From Pseudomonadales bacterium (GTDB lineage Bacteria > Verrucomicrobiota > Verrucomicrobiia > Limisphaerales > UBA11358): a DNA stretch of 64,000 bases. This document shows, in pieces, positions 35,083 through 43,901 of this stretch. Location: NCBI GenBank assembly GCA_035500235.1, contig DATJXK010000310.1, positions 4,136 through 68,135 on the forward strand, in the 5' to 3' direction. The notes under the pieces are model-generated. The model was not told the DNA's origin. It ran no database searches and was given only the letters and a program-made list of their open reading frames with translations. The position numbers were made by a program, and so were the translations under genes. How positions within the stretch are numbered: position 1 is the first letter of the stretch; the number at the start of each line of letters is the position of its first letter.

Positions 35083-36516
35083 TTAGTTTTCCAGGTCCTG
35101 CTCTTTACCCTGGTAAAGGCCGAACTGCACGAGCTTGGCTTTCATGGTTATGCGCGAAACGCCGAGCCAGCGGGCAGCCTTGGCCTGGTTGCCGGCGGCC
35201 TGCTGGATGGCGCGCGCGAACAATTCCCGTTCCGCCGCTTCGAGCACGCACGCATGCGCATCGGCCACGTCGCCGCGCCGCGCTCCGGCCAGCAATTCAT
35301 CCACATATTCGCCAAACGGTTTGGCCGGGGAATACGCCGCGCCGCTCGCTTTGTTGAGCGCAGCCTGCACGTGATCGGTATTGACAGAATAACTCCGCGC
35401 GTGCAAGAGCGCCTTGCGCACGATATTTTCCAGCTCGCGCACGTTGCCCGGCCAGGTCTGCGCCTGGAGCAGTTCCATGGCTTCGGGCACGATGCCCGGC
35501 TGCGCGTTGCCCAGTTCGGGCCCATGTTTCTGGAGAAAATAATGAACCAGATCAGGAACGTCCTCACGCCGGGTGCGAAGCGGCGGGAGCGTAATCATCA
35601 CTACGTTGAGCCGGTAATAAAGGTCTTCGCGAAATTGCTTCTGGCGGATAGCCGTTTCCAAATCGCGATGCGTGGCCGCCAGCACACGCACGTCCACGGG
35701 TATCGTTTCCTTGCCGCCGAGCCGTTGCAGAGTTTTTTCCTGGAGCACACGCATCAATTTCACCTGGGTGCCGGGCGACATGTCACCGATTTCATCGAGG
35801 AAAATAGTGCCGCGATCCGCTTGTTCAAAGCGGCCAATCCGCCGTGCTTCCGCGCCGGTAAAAGCGCCGCGCTCGTGCCCAAACAATTCGCTCTCCAGCA
35901 GCGTCTCGGGAATGGCCGCGCAGTTGATGGCGATGAACGGCGCGTTGGCACGGTCACTGTGCTGGTAAATCGCGCGCGCGATTAATTCTTTGCCCGTGCC
36001 GGTCTCGCCGCGAATCAGCACGTTCACCGGCTTGGACGCAATGCGCCCGATCTCTTTGTAAATTTCCTGCATCGCCGGGCTTTTGCCGATAATCGAATCG
36101 CGCCCGGTTTCGGCTTCGCCCAGCACCACCGGCTCGGACATCAGGCGGTTGCTGTCCACCGCGCGGCGAATCAATTCGAGCAACTGCGGGATATTGAACG
36201 GCTTGAGAAGATAATCATACGCACCCAACTTCGTGGCCTCGATCGCGGTCTGCGTCGTGCCAAAGGCCGTGACGAGGATGATGGGCAGGCGCGGTTGGGC
36301 CTCGTGCAATTGGCTGACCAATTCCAGTCCGCTTATGCCCGGCATTTTCAAATCGGTAATGACGACATTGAAAGTTTCTTCACCCGCGCGCGCGAGGCCG
36401 TTATCGCCCCGGCTTTCCATGACCACCTCGCAACCTTCTTCCGCGAGCACCCGTTTCAGCGTGTCGCGGATGCCCGGATCATCGTCAATCAACAATATTT
36501 TTGTGCCCTTATTCAT
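35083..36516 (-). CDS. Sigma-54-dependent response regulator (NtrC family bacterial enhancer-binding protein)
   Basis: Receiver domain (KILLIDDDP, ITDLKMPG), an AAA+ sigma-54 interaction domain (GETGTGKE, GAFTGA, the ESELFGHERGAFTGA loop, PLRTRREDV), and a C-terminal Fis-type HTH (NQAKAARWLGVSRITM). Confidence 0.9.
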   Translation of the reverse strand: MNKGTKILLIDDDPGIRDTLKRVLAEEGCEVVMESRGDNGLARAGEETFNVVITDLKMPGISGLELVSQLHEAQPRLPIILVTAFGTTQTAIEATKLGAYDYLLKPFNIPQLLELIRRAVDSNRLMSEPVVLGEAETGRDSIIGKSPAMQEIYKEIGRIASKPVNVLIRGETGTGKELIARAIYQHSDRANAPFIAINCAAIPETLLESELFGHERGAFTGAEARRIGRFEQADRGTIFLDEIGDMSPGTQVKLMRVLQEKTLQRLGGKETIPVDVRVLAATHRDLETAIRQKQFREDLYYRLNVVMITLPPLRTRREDVPDLVHYFLQKHGPELGNAQPGIVPEAMELLQAQTWPGNVRELENIVRKALLHARSYSVNTDHVQAALNKASGAAYSPAKPFGEYVDELLAGARRGDVADAHACVLEAAERELFARAIQQAAGNQAKAARWLGVSRITMKAKLVQFGLYQGKEQDLEN

Positions 36517-37874
36517 GCTGTCAGCCGCGGCAGAATAATACCGAACGTCGTACCGTGGTTCACCAACGTTTGATACTGCAACTCGCCGCCATGCTTCTGG
36601 ACAATCTGCGCGGCGATGGACAGGCCCAGGCCGCTGCCGTTTTCTTTTGTGGTGAAAAACGGATCAAACAATCGTTTTTCCACGTCCGGCGCAATGCCTT
36701 TGCCGGTGTCGGTCACTTCGAGCGCGACCACAGACATTTCTTTAGCTCCGAGGCGCTTCTGGTCCGGGCGCGCGCGCAACGTGATTTTACCATCGCGCCC
36801 GATGCTGTCCGCGGCATTTTGTACCAAATTAATTAGCACCTGCTTAATCTGCGCCGCATCCGCGCGTATTTTCATCGGCTCAAGAATTTCCATGATTAAT
36901 TGGATATTGGCGTCGCCCAACTGCGGCGTAAAAAAATTCTGCAATTCGAGCAGCAAATCGTCCACGTCCAGCACTGCGGTTTCCGGTTCGGCCGGCCGCG
37001 CGAATCTAATGAAGTTATTGACGATGCGTTCCAGCCGCAAGATTTCCCTTTCCACGACATTGACGTTTTCATATTCCGCCGAGCCGGGTTGGAATTTTTT
37101 CTTTTGGATGTAGAGGGCCGCCTTGATCGCGGTCAGGGGCGTCCGGATTTCGTGGGCTACGCCGGCTGCCAAAAGGCCCAGCGCCGCCAGTTTTTCGCTC
37201 CGCTCGGCCACCGCCTGGCTTTCCACCAGCTTCACCCGCAGCGGCCCGATGAGGTCACGGTAAACTTCCACGGAAAGCGCCACGCCAAAGACGAACAACA
37301 GGCCCAATGATATAAGAATGGAAAATCGCAGTTGGGACAACGTGTGATGCGCCTGGGCCAAAAGTTCGTCACGCGATTGATAGGAAAGCGCGGAGAGGCT
37401 GCGGCTCAAATCAAACATCTTCTGTGTTTTGGCCCGGCTTGGCGCGTAATCAGCCAGGGAAATGCTGGCCTGCGGGCTCAAGGCCTGAATTTTCTGGTGG
37501 AGTTCGCCGATGGTGCGCAGGTAATCGCCATATTGGACTTCAATCTGCGCCAGGAGATTTCTTTCCGAAGGATCGCGCAACTTGGATTTTTGTTCCTCAA
37601 TCCAGGACGCCAGCTCACCGCTGTCTTTCACACATCGATCCCACGTCGTCGGGTCGCGGTTAATGCCATAACTGATGAGGTTATTGTTGATATTGCGCAC
37701 CGAAGTACTGAACTGGTTGGCCATGCCGAATGTCTCGACATCCAAATGGCTTAACCGCATCTGCAATTCAGACGCCTCCCGTTGCGAATTTATCGTGATA
37801 AAAGCGATCAATGCGCCCATCAGTCCCACTGCCGTGCCGAGGGCGGCCAGCCGGAATTTGATGTTTACCTTCAT
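36513..37874 (-). CDS. Sensor histidine kinase, partner of the NtrC-type regulator
   Basis: N-terminal TM, a helical periplasmic region of about 150 aa, a second TM, H-box AAGVAHEIRTPL, and HATPase (LINLVQNAADS, DTGKGI, GSGLGLSIAAQIV). It overlaps the regulator start by 4 nt. The ATG at 37874 is preferred to the TTG at 37919. Confidence 0.85.
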   Translation of the reverse strand: MKVNIKFRLAALGTAVGLMGALIAFITINSQREASELQMRLSHLDVETFGMANQFSTSVRNINNNLISYGINRDPTTWDRCVKDSGELASWIEEQKSKLRDPSERNLLAQIEVQYGDYLRTIGELHQKIQALSPQASISLADYAPSRAKTQKMFDLSRSLSALSYQSRDELLAQAHHTLSQLRFSILISLGLLFVFGVALSVEVYRDLIGPLRVKLVESQAVAERSEKLAALGLLAAGVAHEIRTPLTAIKAALYIQKKKFQPGSAEYENVNVVEREILRLERIVNNFIRFARPAEPETAVLDVDDLLLELQNFFTPQLGDANIQLIMEILEPMKIRADAAQIKQVLINLVQNAADSIGRDGKITLRARPDQKRLGAKEMSVVALEVTDTGKGIAPDVEKRLFDPFFTTKENGSGLGLSIAAQIVQKHGGELQYQTLVNHGTTFGIILPRLTA

Positions 37875-37956
37875 AAGTGCGCGCGAAATGTTAAATGAAA
37901 CAGGCTCCGTCGCCACCAAAACTTTCAGAATCCTAGGATTTTAGGGTGTTTTGAAC

Positions 37957-37994
37957 AGCATATTATTTTAGCACCAAAGCATACAAAATATGCT
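37957..37994. promoter_or_regulatory. Inverted repeat AGCATATT-N22-AATATGCT, candidate enhancer (UAS) for the NtrC-type regulator
   Basis: The 8-bp arms are at 37957-37964 and 37987-37994. The centre is about 93 bp upstream of the -24 GG of the sigma-54 promoter at 38068. Confidence 0.4.
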
Positions 37995-38067
37995 AAAAAC
38001 CAAATGGGAGGATTCGTCAATTTTCTATTTTGCGGGCGTTTCTGGCAAATACTTATAAAACCTGACA

Positions 38068-38083
38068 TGGCATGCTTTTTGCA
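38068..38083 (+). promoter_or_regulatory. Sigma-54 (-24/-12) promoter TGGCAT-GCTTT-TTGCA
   Basis: It matches TGGCAC-N5-TTGCW at 10 of 11 specified positions, with GG at 38069-70 and GC at 38081-82. It lies 29 nt upstream of the sulfotransferase start and is divergent from the NtrC-type operon. Confidence 0.7.
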
Positions 38084-38111
38084 ATGGCGTGCAACGCTTG
38101 GGGCATAATTT

Positions 38112-39143
38112 GTGCCTATACCATCAGATAATTTTTCGGTGCGCGCCACTCAAACGAATACATCGTCTTCGGAAAAAAGACCGGATTTTTTAATTGTCGG
38201 CGCGCCAAAATGCGGAACAACGGCTTTAGCAGCCTATTTGGCGGGGCATCCCGACATATATATGGCGCAGAAGGAAATGCATTTCTTCGGCGCCGATTTG
38301 CAATTTGGCCCGCAGTTCTTTCGCAGGGACAGCAACGCCTACCGGGCGGAGTTCGGCAAATGGAACGGCCAGACCCGGACAGGCGAGGCTTCCGTCTGGT
38401 ACCTTTATTCCCGCCAGGCCGCCGCCGAGATCAAAGCTTACAGCCCGGATGCGCGCATCATTATCCTGCTTCGCGAGCCGGTTTCCATGCTGTATTCCCT
38501 CTATCACTCGTACCTTTATGATGGCAACGAGCATTTGCCCACATTTGAGGAGGCGTTGAAGGCGGAAAAAGACCGCAGTCAGGGGCGCAGCATTACCCGC
38601 CAAACCTATTTTGTGCAAGGCCTGGCTTACCGGTCCGTTGTCACTTTCTCAGAACAAGTCCGGCGATACTTCGACGTCTTTGGCCGTGAACGCGTGCACG
38701 TAATCATTTACGACGACCTGGCGGCGGATACCATTGGCACCTATCGCACCGCTTTGGGATTTCTGGGTGTTTCCGACACGGTTGATATTCCCATTGGCCC
38801 GATCAATACCAATGTCTCGGTGAAAAGTCCGCTGATGAAGACTGTTTTGAACGATCCGCTCGTGCGCGGAACTGCCATTGCCCTGCGCTCGTGGCTGCCC
38901 AAACCCATTTTTAGTGTGATACAAAATGTCGGAATCAATATTTCTGAAATGAATAAACAGCCCGCGCCGCGCCGGCCAATCGACCCCGATCTCCGCCATT
39001 CCCTCCAACGGGAATTCGCCCCGGAAGTTGAGCGCTTGAGCGAACTATTGAAACGCGACCTTACTCACTGGAGTACATCCGGCACCTCGGCATCGTCCAC
39101 TTTTCGCCCCGTCCTGCTCTCAAGCAAGCAGGCAGTTGTATGA
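38112..39143 (+). CDS. Sulfotransferase-family protein (PAPS-dependent type)
   Basis: 5'-PSB loop PDFLIVGAPKCGTTAL and 3'-PB-like IIILLREPVSMLYSLYH. GTG start. Confidence 0.8.
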   Translation: MPIPSDNFSVRATQTNTSSSEKRPDFLIVGAPKCGTTALAAYLAGHPDIYMAQKEMHFFGADLQFGPQFFRRDSNAYRAEFGKWNGQTRTGEASVWYLYSRQAAAEIKAYSPDARIIILLREPVSMLYSLYHSYLYDGNEHLPTFEEALKAEKDRSQGRSITRQTYFVQGLAYRSVVTFSEQVRRYFDVFGRERVHVIIYDDLAADTIGTYRTALGFLGVSDTVDIPIGPINTNVSVKSPLMKTVLNDPLVRGTAIALRSWLPKPIFSVIQNVGINISEMNKQPAPRRPIDPDLRHSLQREFAPEVERLSELLKRDLTHWSTSGTSASSTFRPVLLSSKQAVV

Positions 39144-41878
39144 AATGGTCGTCGGTCGTTGCGAGGATGTCCAGGGGGGGAGTCGGAACCATCCTGGTAA
39201 TCCTTTGCGCCGTTCTCATCATCATGATGTACGGCGTTTTTGTGCCAGGCCAGGTCCTCTTTTCCAATGACGGCCCACTGGGCCGGTTAATGACCGAATG
39301 CCACCGCCTGCCCGGCAGGTTTTTTGGGTGTTGGATGGACCTGAACAACGTCGGCTTTAACCAGGGTTCCGCTCCTCCCGGCATCAGCTTTGGCCTCTTA
39401 TGGTTATTGGGACCGGTATTGTTCTCCAAGTTTTATGCGATGATATCGCTCTTCATCCTCGGTCTCGGCGCATGGTTTTTTTTCCGGGAACTGCGTTTAT
39501 CGCCAGCGGCCTGCGTATTGGGAGCCCTGGCGGCCATATTGAATTCCATTCTTTTCTCGCTGGCCTGTTGGGGTCTTGGCGCCCAGATCATTGCCGCCGG
39601 AATGGTCTTTTTCGCCATGGCAGCGTTATCGAACACCACTTCGCGCCACCGTTGGTTACTGGTAATCCTGGCCGGTTTCGCTGTTGGAATGGATGTGACT
39701 GAAGCCGCAGATGTCGGGGCCATTTTTAGCGTCCTCGTCGCGGCCTTTGCCATTTACCAATCCTTTATTGCCGAAGGCCCGCTGGTGAAAAACCTCGCCA
39801 CCGGCGCAGGCCGGTTGATTCTGGTCGTCCTTTTTGCGGGCTTTTTAGCCGTGCAAACCATCCATGGCCTGATTGCTACAGACATTCAAGGAGTAAAAGG
39901 AACACAACAGGATGCCCAAACTAAAGCAGATCGCTGGGGCTGGGCGACGCAATGGAGCCTGCCCAAAACGGAAGCGCTGGGAATCGTCGTGCCGGGCCTT
40001 TTTGGTTACCGCATGAACACACCAAACGGCGGGGAATACTGGGGGATTACCGGCCAGGATCCCGGGTGGCAAAAATACCTGGCCAATGGGCAACAAGGAA
40101 CGCCTCCCACGACCTTTTTCCGTTATTCCGGTGGCGGTAATTACATCGGCCAAATCCTGGCCCTGGTTGGCATCTGGGCCGCCTTGCAATCTTTTCGCCG
40201 AAATAAGTCTGTCTTTAGTCCTTATCAAAGAAAATGGGTTTGGTTCTGGGCGGCGCTCACATTTGTATCCCTGCTATTATCTTTTGGGCACTATGCGCCA
40301 TTTTATCGATTGCTATATGCGTTGCCTTATTTCTCAACCATCCGCAACCCGACCAAATTCCTTTACCTGTTCAGTTTCGGATTCACGGTATTATTCGCCT
40401 ACGGCATTGACGGCCTGTGGCGCAAATATCTGAAGCCCGCCGGCGCGGACGCCATGGCCTACCGAAGCGGGCTGACCGGCTGGTGGAAGAAAACCGGCTT
40501 ATTCGAAAAAATTTGGGTCTGGGCCTGCGCTGTAATTTGGGTGGCCGGTTTAATCGGCTGGTATGTCTATGCCCAACATCGTTCTCAACTGGTAACGTAT
40601 TTGCAATCAGCGCACCTGGAACAGCCCGCGGCCATCACCGCAGATTTTAGTATTGCCCAGCCGATATGGTTTGCGGTGTTTTTTTTCCTGGCGGCCGCTC
40701 TCCTCGTGTTGATTTTCAGTGGCACGTTTGCCGGCAAACGTGCGGCCACGGGGGTTATTTTGCTCGGCACACTCCTGGTGGCAGACCTGGGCCTGGCGGA
40801 TTCTCCGTGGGTCGCATATTGGAATTATCCCGAGAAGTACACTTCCAATCCGATTATTGATATGTTGCGCGACAAACCGTATGAAAACCGCGCGGTGATT
40901 GCCCCCATTGCCTGGCCAAACCAAATGAGCATTTTTAAGATGCTTTACAAGGCTGAATGGATGGAACAGCAATTTCCTTACTATAACATCCAGACTTTCG
41001 ACGTCATGGAGTTGCCGCGCGTCCCCGAGGATATTGCGGCCTTTCAGAAAGAACTGAATAAAGAGACCGGCGTGGCCGCCTTGCCGCATTTTGCCCGCTC
41101 CTATCAGTTGACGAATACCCGTTATCTTTTCGCTCCCATAGGTTTTTCCGATTTCTGGAATACCCGGCTTCCCCAATATCCTCTCCAGCTTGTGACCCGC
41201 TTCAGTATCGTGCCCAAGCCGGGCCTCCTCAACGCCACCAAAATAGACGAGATCACAGTCGCTATCGACCCTGTCGGTATCTATGGTCTTTTCTCGATTC
41301 CTTCTGTGCTGCCCCGTGCGAAGCTTTATACCCATTGGCAGGTCAACACCAACGCTCCCGATACGCTGGATGAAATGTTCAGCACCAACTTTAACCCGCA
41401 CGCCAGTGTTTTGGTGGCCGGCGATGCCCCGGACAATTCCTCAACCAATGTAGCGAATCCGCCAGATGACGCTGTCCAGTATGTCAGCTACGCCCCCAAG
41501 GACATCGTGTTAAAGGCCGATGCCCCGGCGCCTTCGGTCCTGCTTTTGAGTGATCATTTTCATCCGGATTGGAAAGTGCTGGTAGATGGCGCGCCGCAAA
41601 AAGTGTTGCGCTGCAATTTTCTCATGCGCGGTGTCTATTTGTTGCCCGGGACGCATACCATTGAATTTAAGTTCCAGCCCGCGAATGGTTTATTCTTCGT
41701 CAGCCTGGCCGCTGTCATTGTCGCGCTATTAGCGCTCGGCACCCTGATTACACTGGTCATTAAATCGCAACCTGTTCCCGTTACGGCGACTGCACCAGTA
41801 GTTCCCACTCTTCCCCCGCCACCGGCTGCGAATAAGCCGGGCAAAGCTGTTTCCCGCAAAAAAACGCAAAGAAAATGA
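39140..41878 (+). CDS. Large polytopic membrane protein, YfhO/GT-C-like
   Basis: At least 12 predicted TM helices in the first 600 aa or so. The C-terminal beta domain has LLLSDHFHPDWKVLVDGAPQKVLRCNFLMRGVYLLPGTHTIEFKFQP, a pattern I associate with YfhO-type GT-C proteins. A final TM and a basic tail follow. ATGA overlap with the sulfotransferase gene. Confidence 0.65.
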   Translation: MKWSSVVARMSRGGVGTILVILCAVLIIMMYGVFVPGQVLFSNDGPLGRLMTECHRLPGRFFGCWMDLNNVGFNQGSAPPGISFGLLWLLGPVLFSKFYAMISLFILGLGAWFFFRELRLSPAACVLGALAAILNSILFSLACWGLGAQIIAAGMVFFAMAALSNTTSRHRWLLVILAGFAVGMDVTEAADVGAIFSVLVAAFAIYQSFIAEGPLVKNLATGAGRLILVVLFAGFLAVQTIHGLIATDIQGVKGTQQDAQTKADRWGWATQWSLPKTEALGIVVPGLFGYRMNTPNGGEYWGITGQDPGWQKYLANGQQGTPPTTFFRYSGGGNYIGQILALVGIWAALQSFRRNKSVFSPYQRKWVWFWAALTFVSLLLSFGHYAPFYRLLYALPYFSTIRNPTKFLYLFSFGFTVLFAYGIDGLWRKYLKPAGADAMAYRSGLTGWWKKTGLFEKIWVWACAVIWVAGLIGWYVYAQHRSQLVTYLQSAHLEQPAAITADFSIAQPIWFAVFFFLAAALLVLIFSGTFAGKRAATGVILLGTLLVADLGLADSPWVAYWNYPEKYTSNPIIDMLRDKPYENRAVIAPIAWPNQMSIFKMLYKAEWMEQQFPYYNIQTFDVMELPRVPEDIAAFQKELNKETGVAALPHFARSYQLTNTRYLFAPIGFSDFWNTRLPQYPLQLVTRFSIVPKPGLLNATKIDEITVAIDPVGIYGLFSIPSVLPRAKLYTHWQVNTNAPDTLDEMFSTNFNPHASVLVAGDAPDNSSTNVANPPDDAVQYVSYAPKDIVLKADAPAPSVLLLSDHFHPDWKVLVDGAPQKVLRCNFLMRGVYLLPGTHTIEFKFQPANGLFFVSLAAVIVALLALGTLITLVIKSQPVPVTATAPVVPTLPPPPAANKPGKAVSRKKTQRK

Positions 41879-41987
41879 GCACGTTTGCAAAGCCTGTAGG
41901 CAGATGGCTGAAAGGTCCCCAGCGTAAATGCCTGCAAGTCCGCAATCTTCTTAATGGCATGGTTTGGGCTAAGGAAAGGCGGGTTTT

Positions 41988-42374
41988 ATGAAAACAATCT
42001 TACTGGCAGACGATGACGCGGCGATTCGCCACACGCTCGGGCAAGTGCTGGTACTGGAACAGTATAATGTTGTTTTGGCCACCACGGGCCGGGAAGCGGC
42101 TGAGAAATTTATTTCCCAGCAGCCGGATCTGGTTCTGCTCGACTTAAATATGCCCGACCGCGATGGCTGGGATGCTTTCCTGTTGATGAACAGCACACAC
42201 CCGCTGGTACCGGTTGTTATCATTACGGCCTTGCCTCACCAACATCAGCGTGCCGCAGATTGCGGCGTGGCTGCGCTTTTGGAAAAACCTTTGGATATTC
42301 AGCTTCTCCTGCGAACTATCCAGGATCTTTTGGCCGAATTTCCGGCCAAACCCGTTAAACACCTGGCTGCCTGA
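41988..42374 (+). CDS. Stand-alone receiver (CheY-like) response regulator
   Basis: ILLADDD, LVLLDLNMPDRDG, VVIITA and LEKP motifs. No output domain. Confidence 0.85.
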   Translation: MKTILLADDDAAIRHTLGQVLVLEQYNVVLATTGREAAEKFISQQPDLVLLDLNMPDRDGWDAFLLMNSTHPLVPVVIITALPHQHQRAADCGVAALLEKPLDIQLLLRTIQDLLAEFPAKPVKHLAA

Positions 42375-42558
42375 ACTTTAAACCAACCATGAAATCAAAC
42401 CGGCGCCCCTCTCCCGCATCTCCTGTGACCATCAAGTTGCGGGCGTTTCGCGCGCGCCGTTTTCAGGTCCAGATCAAACGTCCTAAATTGGTGAAAGCCA
42501 AAAGGATGAAGAAGAAATCTCCGCCGTCTCCTCTCCCTAGCTCACTTCCTTCTTCCCA

Positions 42559-42582
42559 GACACAAAATTACTTTATTGTGTC
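42559..42582. promoter_or_regulatory. Palindrome GACACAA-N10-TTGTGTC abutting a TATATAA box upstream of the RND operon
   Basis: The arms are at 42559-42565 and 42576-42582, with catatataaat immediately downstream. It is 9 to 30 nt upstream of the two candidate MFP start codons. Confidence 0.35.
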
Positions 42583-42590
42583 ATATATAA

Positions 42591-43901
42591 ATGGTAAGAA
42601 AAAGTTGCTCTATGGATGACGCACACCCAACACGGCCCCCTGCTTCCCCCAATCCTCCACAGTATCCGAAACCGAATGACCGGCCGCGGCGCATTTGGCC
42701 CTGGATTTTAGGCGCAGTCGTTGTCCTGGTCCTGCTGATTGCCCTGGTCACCCATCGCCATTCCGAACGGGCGATGTCACAGGGCCGGTTTGGGGCAAAT
42801 GGGCCAACGATGATCAGCACCGCCACGGCAGGGACCGGCAGCATCGGTGTTTACGTGCAGGGTCTCGGCATCGTGACACCCGTCAATACCGTGGCCGTGG
42901 AGGCGCGCGTCGCCGGACAAATCACCAAGGTCAGTTACCAGGAAGGACAGCGTGTTCATGTTGGCGATCCGCTCGTGGATATCGATTCGCGCCCATATCA
43001 GGCGGCAGTGGACCAGGCGCGGGGACAACTCCAGCACGACGCCGCCACACTCGATAATGCCAAAATCGACCTGGGACGTTACAAAGAGGCGATGTCCAGC
43101 AACGCCATCCCACAACAGCAATATGAAACCCAGGTCGCCACCGTCCAGGAAGACCAGGGAACAGTCGAAGTGGACCAGGGCAACCTGAGCAACGCGATTG
43201 TGAACCTCGACTACACGCACATCACTTCACCCATTGACGGCCGTGTCGGTTTGCGCCTCGTAGACCCGGGCAACATCGTCCAGGCCAATGGCACCACGCC
43301 ACTGGTCATCGTAGCCCAGCTCCAGCCCATCACCGTAATTTTTACCGTGGCGGAAGACGATATTCCTAAAATCGCCCCGGCCTTTCATAAGGAAGGACAA
43401 CTTCCCATGGACATCTATGACCATGAAGACCAGGTCAAGCTTACGACCGGCACTCTTCAAACGCTCGATAACCAAATCAATACCGCCACCGGCACGCTCA
43501 AGCTTCGCGGCGTTTGTTCAAACGAAGACGAATCGCTTTTTCCCAACCAGTTCGTCAACGTGCACTTGCTGGTGAACACGCTCAGCAACATCACTGTCCT
43601 GCCCAACTCGGTTATTCAACGCAATTCTGATTCTGCCTACGTCTATTTGTTAAAGGCGGCCGCAGAGGGCCAAACCAATCAAACCGTCGAGATGCATACC
43701 GTGACTGTAGGCGCCACCGACGGCAATGTTTCGCAGGTAAACCTTGACCCGGGCGCAGTCGTGGCGGCGGACAACTTTAACCGCCTGAGCGACGGCGCTT
43801 CCGTTACCATCCGCCCCACGGGCGGACAGGGACAAGGGCAAGAGCAAGGACAGGAAAAAGGACAGGGACAGGGCCGCCGCCATAAAAAAGATTCGCAGTG
43901 A
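42591..43901 (+). CDS. RND efflux membrane-fusion (periplasmic adaptor) protein, MdtA-like
   Basis: TM anchor, lipoyl/hairpin/beta-barrel pattern (V.AR..G.I..V...EG..V..GD.L..ID.RPY...), and a GQ-rich C-terminal tail. The start could be 42591 or 42612. Confidence 0.85.
   Translation: MVRKSCSMDDAHPTRPPASPNPPQYPKPNDRPRRIWPWILGAVVVLVLLIALVTHRHSERAMSQGRFGANGPTMISTATAGTGSIGVYVQGLGIVTPVNTVAVEARVAGQITKVSYQEGQRVHVGDPLVDIDSRPYQAAVDQARGQLQHDAATLDNAKIDLGRYKEAMSSNAIPQQQYETQVATVQEDQGTVEVDQGNLSNAIVNLDYTHITSPIDGRVGLRLVDPGNIVQANGTTPLVIVAQLQPITVIFTVAEDDIPKIAPAFHKEGQLPMDIYDHEDQVKLTTGTLQTLDNQINTATGTLKLRGVCSNEDESLFPNQFVNVHLLVNTLSNITVLPNSVIQRNSDSAYVYLLKAAAEGQTNQTVEMHTVTVGATDGNVSQVNLDPGAVVAADNFNRLSDGASVTIRPTGGQGQGQEQGQEKGQGQGRRHKKDSQ

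Noticed and set aside
41955-41970. Sigma-54-like element TGGCAT-GGTTT-GGGCT upstream of the orphan receiver gene
   Set aside because: The -12 box is weak. The predicted start site would fall about 7 nt before the ATG, downstream of the AAGGAAAGG ribosome-binding site. No upstream inverted repeat is seen.
42389-42619. 76-aa highly basic ORF between the orphan receiver and the RND adaptor gene
   Set aside because: It has no Shine-Dalgarno sequence. Its composition is low-complexity and K/R/P/S-rich. It overlaps the adaptor start. It more likely reflects a non-coding leader or promoter region, though a small protein cannot be excluded without ribosome profiling.
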